Below the pieces are notes generated by a model. That model had not been told where the DNA came from. It did no database searches and saw nothing but the letters and a program-made list of their open reading frames with translations. A stretch of DNA of 63,306 bases, the filler included, from Octopus bimaculoides (lineage: Eukaryota): NCBI RefSeq assembly GCF_001194135.2. It is 6 parts of 6 records of this genome, joined end to end, with 100 filler letters (N's around TTAATTAATTAA, not from the genome) between each part and the next. Parts side by side here need not be neighbours in the genome. Positions count along the whole stretch, not along the records: positions 44,990 to 52,561 come from NC_068984.1; positions 52,662 to 63,306 come from NC_069004.1; 4 more parts are not named here. One strand, written 5' to 3'. How positions within the stretch are numbered: position 1 is the stretch's first letter; each line of letters opens with the position of its first letter. Made by a program: the position numbers and the translations under genes. Shown here in pieces: positions 49,490 through 60,481 of this stretch.

Positions 49490-52030
49490 TGTCATATCCG
49501 ATCCTTTTTGCATCATCCACATTAAGCTGGGAACCAACCGAGATTCCGCCGACTATGCTGCGGAGGGATGAGTCCGTTTCGAACGGAAGAACGTTTCTGC
49601 TTGAACCGTTCTATTTCACTCGGATGACAAAATTTCTTTCTACATTCTCAGTGAACATCACTAGGTTTCACCACAATACAAGATTCACGCTGAAGTCTTG
49701 CTTTTACTATGCCTTCACAACCTTTATCACCCAGTGTGACTGTTGCTCCATCTGTCAGTTTCTTGTTACAAAATACGCAGTATGCCATGATGACACTGAA
49801 AAGACGTTATGGAAAAACTTACATGTAGGTATGGATATTATTATCTATACTGATGTCATACATACAGCACAGACACCCCAACTTTAGAATCCAGTCAGTA
49901 AAGGACAGCAATTTGCTACAGTCACTATTGTACTATTGTCCCTTGTTTGCCGAGCTTGTGATATGTCCTTGTGCTGTTCACTTGCCTCGTATATGATGGA
50001 TATTAGTTGTTGCATTGCCATGTTTACTTCTGCAAAGACTGGCCTTGAAAGACACCAGACCAATCTTTGGGTTTCCGTCATTCCCCTCCCTTTGGTGAAA
50101 CCTCCACTCGTCTTCAGACTTCACATTAGTACCTGTTTGATCACTATATCTAAAGGCAACCCTGCCCATAAACGGTTACTCTTCCTGACTACCTGTAGTC
50201 CCTGGGTGAACTGTTGATAGATATTGCTGAATGTGTCTTCCAGTTTTGTCATCTTCAGCAGATAGAAGTGCAATGACTTCGTGTACAAGATATGGCCGGA
50301 GGCAGATAAGTACCGAAGCATGGCTTGCAACGTCTCCAGATGGAGGGACCAATTTCCAATACGTTCTGATGGCATGAATAACCTCATGGTGTCTATCATT
50401 TCGTATTGCAGCCACAGACGTGCTCGATTCCAACATGTCTTTGTGTGTCTCAGGTTTCTGATGTAGATCCTGCAGGTACAAAGATGATTCTACACCATTG
50501 AGCGTAATTTCACCAGAGAGGAGATCGTCATAGAGGTTCCTTATTGTCTCCAATTCTAGGGGCACGCTGTCATTAGATAAAAACAACTTAATCCCCAACT
50601 CAAGAGAAGTGTGTAAAGGACGGAATCTACCAGGTGCTGACCGTGAATTGCACGAGCAATTGCGTTTCCAGTGAGTATATGAGTAACAGTGTTCCCAGCA
50701 AAGATCACTTCCATGATTTCTTGAAGGCCTGCTCCTCTCATTAAGTGCTCAATGTTAGCCAGAAAGCTCATTAGTGTGTGAAATGCCCCAAAGCTTAAAA
50801 TAATCGGATGTAGATCACTGAACTCTCCAGCACTTTCCACAATTGTTGCCTTGAACCACAAAGGCTAGTCAAAAGTGAGCACTGGTGTTGCTCCATAGCG
50901 TTTGGTATGCTCTGTAACGAAGTGTAAGGTTAACTTGACACGCATCATTTCACTCGGTTTCATATCAACCATAGGAAAGAATATGGTGGAAGACAGTTTT
51001 GGGAGGTCTCCGTTGTCTAACATTTGCATGTATCCCGACCATGCTGGTCTTGGTAACCGGACTGACAGGGACGTCTTCCACAGGAGATCTACCTTGGGGT
51101 TTTCCCTGTGTTTGGGTTCCTGGTAGAGCTTCATACTTGATATTAGCAAGTTCATTACCAAGTAATATGAATTTCTTAATACTGATGTGTCGTATTGCAG
51201 CGATCTCCTCTGCTGTCACAGACCCACGCTTAACCACTGAGGTCTCATCACATTTGGATGTTACAACTGCTATAATACCCATTCCGTGGAATGTCCCAGA
51301 GCCGTCAAGAGTCCTAGCGTCATGATCTACGTTGTCGGTCACATATTGAACTGTTTCACTGTCTGAAAAATGTTTCCGTTTGAACCATTCTATTTCACTC
51401 GGATGACAAAATTTCTTTCTACATTCTCAGGGAACATCACTCGGTTTCACCTCAATACTAGATTCACGTTGAAGACTTGCTTTTACTATGCCTTCACAAC
51501 CTTTATCACCCAGTGTGACTGTTGCTCCATCTGTCAGTTTCTTGTTACAAAATACGCAGTATACCATGATGATACTGAAAAGAAAATGGTTGAATATTAA
51601 TATAGGCCTAAAGACAGACGTTATGGGAAAACCTACATGTAGTTATGGATATTATTACCTTTACTGATGTCATACATGCAGCGCAGACATCCCAACTTTA
51701 GAATCCAATACTTGGACATGCCATATCATACACACTTCTTATACCAATCGTATAGCACATGCCGGTAAAAGGTTAAAATGGGGTGCGGCTACCCCAGGTA
51801 AGTATATAAGGCAACCCCAGATCTCTTGGCAGACATTTCAATGTGAAAGATATATCAGAAAAACATACGTTAGAACACCAAAAATGACTTGATAACTTCA
51901 TAAGAAGTATTGCTGTGCATGTCTGTACCTTGGTCGTCTAATACTGAAATCCAAAAGTTTAATCCTGAAAAAATATCGTTTCACTCAAAAGATTTTGTGG
52001 AACTTGCAGTATATCATGAAGGGTACCCTA
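49490..52030 (-). mobile_element. Defective, rearranged Academ-type DNA transposon: terminus beginning TAGGGTACCC, transposase remnants and a duplicated 5' part
   Basis: Minus-strand peptides MVYCVFCNKKLTDGATVTLGDKGCEGIVKAS; DNVDHDARTLDGSGTFHGMGIIA; LTFD*PLWFKA; FGAFHTLMSFL; ERIGNWSLHL; SASGHILYTKS; LWAGLPLDIVIKQVLM*SLKTSGGFTKGRGMTE; SEQHKD. The superfamily call rests on recalled motif similarity. Confidence 0.75.
49884..51567 (-). pseudogene. Transposase pseudogene with stops, frameshifts, a large internal deletion near 51375 and no C-terminus
   Basis: ORF-track pieces 50965-51342, 50865-51161, 50556-50861, 50176-50598, 50121-50399, 49884-50081 are consecutive parts of one protein. ATG at 51567. 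Confidence 0.85.
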
Positions 52031-52149
52031 CTGAACAAATCTCAACTGGTTTCGTTTCTGTTGCAATTAGTACTGGGTTCTGAAGAATATCAGCTAATTT
52101 GACTGGACTATTGCTTTAGATACCTGAGTAGTCTTGAGCAGAAATAGAT

Positions 52150-52370
52150 ACTCTTCTGGTTGCTGCAATCTGAACCGGGCATAACTACCAGGTTGGGACA
52201 GCTTGAAAATGAGCAGGCGACACCTGTTCAGTTTTAGGTGAGGAGCAACATAATATGAAACGCTCTCCTCAAGGACACAACGCATCCCACCGCCTGACCG
52301 ATGAACCGATCATATGACTTCGTGATCGTAAAATTAACAACCTGATCACTAAGCTCTGCGCTTTCGCATA
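52150..52370 (-). mobile_element. SINE family D
   Basis: Reverse complement contains ttgtgtccttgaggagagcg...tatgttgctcc. Confidence 0.65.
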
Positions 52371-52515
52371 CACGCACGCATACACACACTTACACGTACA
52401 TGCATACACTCATACGCGCGCGCGCTCACATGCACATATACACACATACAGTGACGAAATGAGACTGGTTCGCACATATTTCAGTGAACATGTAAAATTC
52501 TTTTTGCTATGTTTT

Positions 52516-52561
<46 letters not shown>

Positions 52562-52661
52562 NNNNNNNNNNNNNNNNNNNNNNNNNNNNNNNNNNNNNNN
52601 NNNNNTTAATTAATTAANNNNNNNNNNNNNNNNNNNNNNNNNNNNNNNNNNNNNNNNNNNN

Positions 52662-52711
<50 letters not shown>

Positions 52712-52994
52712 TATAGAATATATAATATATAGTACATATAATATATGCATATATACATAGATATACAGACATATACATACCTACGTACGTGAGTATTTAT
52801 TCGTCTGTGAGTCGTGTAGGTGTATGCGTGTGTATGTTGGCATTTATTTTGTTAGGTGGATGTATGTATCTGTGTGTCTACGGATGAGTGTGTAAGCTTC
52901 GTGATTAATGGAGTGTGAAATCGTAAAGTATTTTTATATCGTGTCACAGAACTTAACCGTTTGGTTTGATAACTACCAAAGTTTGGTAATAGAT

Positions 52995-53040
52995 TTTATA
53001 GAACCGATCGTAAAGAGATGTTGATGATGCTGGTGATGAC

Positions 53041-53071
<31 letters not shown>

Positions 53072-53359
53072 GTAAAGGCGATGATGATGATGATGATGAT
53101 GACGATGATGATGATGATGATGACGATGGTGATGGTTATGGTGATAGCGATAGCTTCGTCATCACCATCGTCATTGCCATAAATATCATCATCATCGTTA
53201 CCCACCATTATCGTCGTGACTACCCCCACAACATCCGCCACCGTGGTCATCCTCCTCTTCCTCCTCCTTCGCCTCCTCCGCTTCCCCATCATCATCATCA
53301 TCATCATCACAGCGGTTGTTATTGTTACAATTACTATTACTGTTGTTCTCCATCATAAA

Positions 53360-53417
<58 letters not shown>

Positions 53418-53450
53418 TCAGTATTGCTATTGTTGTTGTTGTTGTTGCAA
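52995..53450. repeat. (GAT)n/(CAT)n/(TAC)n trinucleotide tracts
   Basis: Direct reading. Confidence 0.9.
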
Positions 53451-55182
53451 GAAACGTATATATTGAATTCTTTATTATAGGTTGTCACCGGAAGTGAATA
53501 TTATTGTCCAAACTCTCTGGAATTGAGAATGATAATCCCTACACCATCTTTGTGGAGATACACATTATTATAAACAGACAGTCACCTGTCTGTTTGTGTG
53601 TATGTGTGAGTATATTTTATATATATGCGTATGTATTTATATTTATATATATATGTGTGTGTATATGCATATTTATATGTATATATAATTATATATATGT
53701 GTGTGCGTATATATATATGTATATATATTTATGTATATGTATGTATGTATGTATGTATGTATACTCACGCACACACACATACACACACATATATAAAGAC
53801 AGAGAATAAGAGAGACACATAGCTACTCTGCTAGATAGATATTCGAACACAAAGATAAGTTTGCAAGTTAAAGAATATAGACCACGATGACACACACGCA
53901 CAGACATATATATATATATATATATATTTATACATATATACCTCATACAGACACACTCATACATCAATTATAAAAACACAAGGAGAAATTAAACCTTTTA
54001 AATTCGTACTTTTAACTCGCCGAACGGTCCAGTTTGTAACTTGCCATATATATATATANNNNNNNNNNNNNNNNNNNNNNNNNNNNNNNNNNNNNNNNNN
54101 NNNNNNNNNNNNNNNNNNNNNNNNNNNNNNNNNNNNNNNNNNNNNNNNNNNNNNNNNNNNNNNNNNNNNNNNNNNNNNNNNNNNNNNNNNNNNNNNNNNN
54201 NNNNNNNNNNNNNNNNNNNNNNNNNNNNNNNNNNNNNNNNNNNNNNNNNNNNNNNNNNNNNNNNNNNNNNNNNNNNNNNNNNNNNNNNNNNNNNNNNNNN
54301 NNNNNNNNNNNNNNNNNNNNNNNNNNNNNNNNNNNNNNNNNNNNNNNNNNNNNNNNNNNNNNNNNNNNNNNNNNNNNNNNNNNNNNNNNNNNNNNNNNNN
54401 NNNNNNNNNNNNNNNNNNNNNNNNNNNNNNNNNNNNNNNNNNNNNNNNNNNNNNNNNNNNNNNNNNNNNNNNNNNNNNNNNNNNNNNNNNNNNNNNNNNN
54501 NNNNNNNNNNNNNNNNNNNNNNNNNNNNNNNNNNNNNNNNNNNNNNNNNNNNNNNNNNNNNNNNNNNNNNNNNNNNNNNNNNNNNNNNNNNNNNNNNNNN
54601 NNNNNNNNNNNNNNNNNNNNNNNNNNNNNNNNNNNNNNNNNNNNNNNNNNNNNNNNNNNNNNNNNNNNNNNNNNNNNNNNNNNNNNNNNNNNNNNNNNNN
54701 NNNNNNNNNNNNNNNNNNNNNNNNNNNNNNNNNNNNNNNNNNNNNNNNNNNNNNNNNNNNNNNNNNNNNNNNNNNNNNNNNNNNNNNNNNNNNNNNNNNN
54801 ATATATATATATATATATATATACATCAGTGTATAGACATGGATGTGTATGTGTGTGTTCACGTGTCTGTGTGTGTGTGTGTATACGTGTCCGTGTCCAT
54901 GCGTGCGTGTCAGGGCAATATAATGATGAGTAGATGAATAATTAGAATGTTAAAAACCGTTTCAATTTTAATATTCAGGACAGATTTTATTTCAAATTCC
55001 ACCACATCAATTTATACTTGTATTACTTTTATAGTCCTTTCACAAATGGTTTGCACGTCCAGCGTCCATTTTGTAACGAGAATGCGTTTGAAGATGACGT
55101 CCAGAAATGTACTGTTGCAGACGTTTGATGGCTTTCAATATTGTCCTGGTCATTGCAACTAAACTAACCGCAATTATTATTA

Positions 55183-55244
<62 letters not shown>

Positions 55245-55372
55245 GCTATTAGTTTTATTGTGGAATTCTGCTTACTCGCGTCAAAATGTTCGCCAAATTG
55301 AAGAAATTTTCGCGTTTATGGTAGTAATTCCTGATGGATGTTGCTGTATGTATACTTTGGTATGTATGTACT

Positions 55373-55420
<48 letters not shown>

Positions 55421-56519
55421 TGTGTGTTTGTCGATCCGAGTGTGTTTGCATATGTGTTTGTGTATAGTTTAGTGCAAGTGGAATTAAAGTTGAACTTTAA
55501 TAAACAATGATGTCCTTATTATAGTTATCATTGTTATTATTATTATTATTATTATTGTTATTGTTGTTGTTACTGATGTTTTATTATAGTCTTACATTGG
55601 TTTTTTTAACATCGTTTTTCTCCAAAATTTTTCTTCGAGGTTGTTCTTGTGTACCGGCACGCCATTAGACTGTCGTTAAATTCTGTTCTAAACGGGATGG
55701 AACGGAGACAAACTGTCTGAGTAGTTGAGATAATTACCTGCCTATCTATTGTATATAAATACAAATATACTACAGTTCAGATACACATCCAGTGTAGCCG
55801 TCTTTTCTAAAAGATGGTAGACTATGAGCTGCGGTACATATGGTTACTATTTCTAGCAGACAAAGATACCAGTAGAGGTTCTCTTGGTCTCCATGCTGAA
55901 ACTAATAATGTTTATAACAAAGCATTACAAAACAAACGTTAGCTGTTTAGAACTTGGTCGATTCTACGCTTATAAGTTAACTATTTTGATTGCCAGAGTG
56001 AAATAATGTCTGTGACAGAACATTAACCAATGGCATTTCGACTATCTAGTGCTCCTCCCACCGACAACTAATGCAAGGTCGCCCAGTTTTTCTATTCTGA
56101 AGTTTTGAGTTAAAAAGCCGCAAACTTCGCGACCATTAAACCACGTCGAGCAGTCATCAGTTATGGTGCAGCTGAACCAAATATTTTCGTTCGTTCATGT
56201 CAAAATACTTTATTAAACTCTTTCTAAATTATGGTGCAAGGATTTCGCATTTCTTCTGACGAAAATAATTACCCAGCTGAAGATTGAAGATATGCACGCA
56301 AGCAATAATTACTCAATGTTTTTATGGTTGGTATTTTGCCCGGATTTCCGTTAGGTGGGGACTAAAGAAAAATAGACAAAAGAATCCCCACTAACTTTGC
56401 AAAATCCTTTTTGCTTCCACTTCACACCAACGATAGTTTTGAGACAACCTGCATTTTGTCTGCGGCTCGTGCAGACATACTGCACATAGAGCACATACAT
56501 TGCCAAACCCTCCCCAATT

Positions 56520-56810
56520 CTGAAACCCCAGTGCGAAAATACCTTCAATCCCTTGAAACCAACGAAGGCCTCGGCCCTGACTCCCTTTTTTTACCCCCAA
56601 ACTTTGCATTCTAGAGTAGCCCTTACACTCACTAAGCATTTCAATCCGCCCCTCTCTCCAGATATCTACTCTAATCTTTGTAGACACGCCACAAAATGTC
56701 CCATTCCAAGAAAGTCAAACCACTCCAACTCGGCCAATTATCACCCGATCCCGTGAACCGCTGATATTTCTCAGGTTATGGGGACAGCCATTAATAACAC
56801 CTTGGGCCTT
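56520..56810 (+). mobile_element. Old CR1/L2-type LINE fragment just upstream of the RT domain
   Basis: VRKYLQSLETNEGLGPDS ... CPIPRKSNHSNSANYHPI, resembling K.PGPD and P.NYRPISL motifs. Confidence 0.7.
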
Positions 56811-56879
56811 TCTTTCGAAATACCGAATTGACTAGTTAGTTTAGCATTGAAACGTATAGGTATTAAAAACTTAATGAAT

Positions 56880-57255
56880 AAGAAAGAAAAGGAAGAAAAT
56901 AGAAGAAATTGACGTAGAAACGTTATTTATTTAAAGACATTCAAATTCATTCAGAGAAATTCCTGCCTACAGCTGTTTCTACACCCAATCAGTTCAATTA
57001 CAGAAATAAAATTCAAAGTCCCATATTCAAAACCAGTCAATTCGGTATTTCTTCAGGAAGAATTTCCAAAAGAAGTCACATTTCAACGCATAGGCTAACC
57101 AGACTGGTTCGAATATGAGAATTTGTATTTTATTTCTGTAATTGAATTGATTGGGTGTAGAAACAGCTGTAGGCAAGCATTACTCTGCATGAATTTGAAT
57201 GTCTTTAAATAAATAACGTCTCTACGTCAATTTTTTCCATTTCCTTCGTCTTCTC
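56880..57255. mobile_element. Foldback element / long-TIR MITE
   Basis: ~135-bp arms 56906-57038 and 57102-57232 are reverse complements with few mismatches; ~63-nt spacer. Confidence 0.85.
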
Positions 57256-57310
57256 ATACATACACACACATATATATATATATATGTATGAGAAGATGAA
57301 GGAAATGGAA

Positions 57311-57371
57311 TGAACTCAGAACCATGAGGTTGGGAAGCAAGCTACTTACCACACAACCACTCTTGCGCCTA
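57311..57371 (-). mobile_element. SINE family B head fragment
   Basis: gcaagctacttaccacacaaccactcttgcgcct. Confidence 0.8.
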
Positions 57372-57497
57372 TATATATATATATGTGTGTGTATGTATAT
57401 ACATACATAAGTATATATGTATAAGTATATATGTGTGTATATATATATATATATGTATGTATATGTATATATATACATATATATATGTATATATTTA

Positions 57498-57532
<35 letters not shown>

Positions 57533-58171
57533 NNNNNNNNNNNNNNNNNNNNNNNNNNNNNNNNNNNNNNNNNNNNNNNNNNNNNNNNNNNNNNNNNNNN
57601 NNNNNNNNNNNNNNNNNNNNNNNNNNNNNNNNNNNNNNNNNNNNNNNNNNNNNNNNNNNNNNNNNNNNNNNNNNNNNNNNNNNNNNNNNNNNNNNNNNNN
57701 NNNNNNNNNNNNNNNNNNNNNNNNNNNNNNNNNNNNNNNNNNNNNNNNNNNNNNNNNNNNNNNNNNNNNNNNNNNNNNNNNNNNNNNNNNNNNNNNNNNN
57801 NNNNNNNNNNNNNNNNNNNNNNNNNNNNNNNNNNNNNNNNNNNNNNNNNNNNNNNNNNNNNNNNNNNNNNNNNNNNNNNNNNNNNNNNNNNNNNNNNNNN
57901 NNNNNNNNNNNNNNNNNNNNNNNNNTGGTGGACGACATCGCAGAAACACTCTCTCACACTCCTCGCTGTGGCTGGTGGTCGTTTATACATACATGCATAC
58001 ATACATACATACATACATACATACATACATACATACATACACACATAAATATGAACATGTCTATATACATACATATATATATATCTATTTTATATGCATT
58101 ATATAACATACGTATATGTATATTGTATGTCTCTTTCACTCTCTCTCCCTATCTATATACAAATCATTTAC

Positions 58172-58242
<71 letters not shown>

Positions 58243-58266
58243 CATATATATATATACATATATGTA

Positions 58267-58308
<42 letters not shown>

Positions 58309-60441
58309 TGTATGTATGTGTAGATATATGCATACGTGCACATCTGTGTTATAATTATAACACACACACACTTTCTTATATACACATATATTTATATATG
58401 TGCATGTGTGTGAAAACATATATATATATATATATTTGTGTGTGTTTGTGTGCAATTAACTGCTGCCACTAGTCGTTCATTTTTTAACTGGGTCTATTTT
58501 CTACTTTTAAATTTTAATTTTTCAAGATAAGACTCCTTTTGAATTTTATATTAAATTAACAACAGTCTAAATGAAATTCGCGCCACAGGCAATCTTTATA
58601 TACCTACGCCTATACATACGCATCTATCCATCCATGCATATATACATATTATACATACATACACGCATGCACACACACATATTTACNNNNNNNNNNNNNN
58701 NNNNNNNNNNNNNNNNNNNNNNNNNNNNNNNNNNNNNNNNNNNNNNNNNNNNNNNNNNNNNNNNNNNNNNNNNNNNNNNNNNNNNNNNNNNNNNNNNNNN
58801 NNNNNNNNNNNNNNNNNNNNNNNNNNNNNNNNNNNNNNNNNNNNNNNNNNNNNNNNNNNNNNNNNNNNNNNNNNNNNNNNNNNNNNNNNNNNNNNNNNNN
58901 NNNNNNNNNNNNNNNNNNNNNNNNNNNNNNNNNNNNNNNNNNNNNNNNNNNNNNNNNNNNNNNNNNNNNNNNNNNNNNNNNNNNNNNNNNNNNNNNNNNN
59001 NNNNNNNNNNNNNNNNNNNNNNNNNNNNNNNNNNNNNNNNNNNNNNNNNNNNNNNNNNNNNNNNNNNNNNNNNNNNNNNNNNNNNNNNNNNNNNNNNNNN
59101 NNNNNNNNNNNNNNNNNNNNNNNNNNNNNNNNNNNNNNNNNNNNNNNNNNNNNNNNNNNNNNNNNNNNNNNNNNNNNNNNNNNNNNNNNNNNNNNNNNNN
59201 NNNNNNNNNNNNNNNNNNNNNNNNNNNNNNNNNNNNNNNNNNNNNNNNNNNNNNNNNNNNNNNNNNNNNNNNNNNNNNNNNNNNNNNNNNNNNNNNNNNN
59301 NNNNNNNNNNNNNNNNNNNNNNNNNNNNNNNNNNNNNNNNNNNNNNNNNNNNNNNNNNNNNNNNNNNNNNNNNNNNNNNNNNNNNNNNNNNNNNNNNNNN
59401 NNNNNNNNNNNNNNNNNNNNNNNNNNNNNNNNNNNNNNNNNNNNNNNNNNNNNNNNNNNNNNNNNNNNNNNNNNNNNNNNNNNNNNNNNNNNNNNNNNNN
59501 NNNNNNNNNNNNNNNNNNNNNNNNNNNNNNNNNNNNNNNNNNNNNNNNNNNNNNNNNNNNNNNNNNNNNNNNNNNNNNNNNNNNNNNNNNNNNNNNNNNN
59601 NNNNNNNNNNNNNNNNNCATACGGACAGACATACGTGCATACATACATATATGTACATACATACATACATGCATAAATACATACAAACATACTCACATAC
59701 AAATGTATATATATAGTTGCATGCATGCATACATACATACATGCATTCGTATATACATACCTGCATAGATATACAAGCATACATACAAGCATACATTCAT
59801 TCACACATACATACATACATACATACATACATACATACATACATACATACATGCACACACACATAAATGCGTCGATGTATCTGGTTCTAGCTTGAGGGCA
59901 GTTATTGAGTAACGCGTTGCTCGTTCCAGGACGGCGTATTTTAGCTGTCGAAGAATCTCTCTTGATTAAAAAAAGAAGAATGGTAAGAATGGTAATGTTT
60001 AGTGAAAGGAATGAAAGAGTCAGAGAATGAAAGAATATGAGTGTTGGAGCGGCGGGGAGGGGAGGGGCGAAGCGGTTAGAAGTCTAGAATGAAACGAAGG
60101 AAGCGGATAAAGATTGGACTTATAAGAATATCTCGAGGTCCTGAGATGGTGTTATTTTTAGAGCCGTCATGCTTTTAATCAAGAATCTGCTGCAAACAGC
60201 CTGCAACAAAGGACCCTCGGATCTAATATTGAGATTTGGAAAAAGAGAGAGAAAATGGCGGTGGAGAGATTGAGCGAGCGAGCGGTGAACCGATACTGGT
60301 CGAAACATTTTTAGGTCGTGTCTTCCGGCGTTGGCATGTAGATACACACACATACACACACACACACTATGTATATATGTATACACATACATTATATATA
60401 TGTATATATATTTATGTATGTATATATATTTATATGTATAA

Positions 60442-60481
<40 letters not shown>

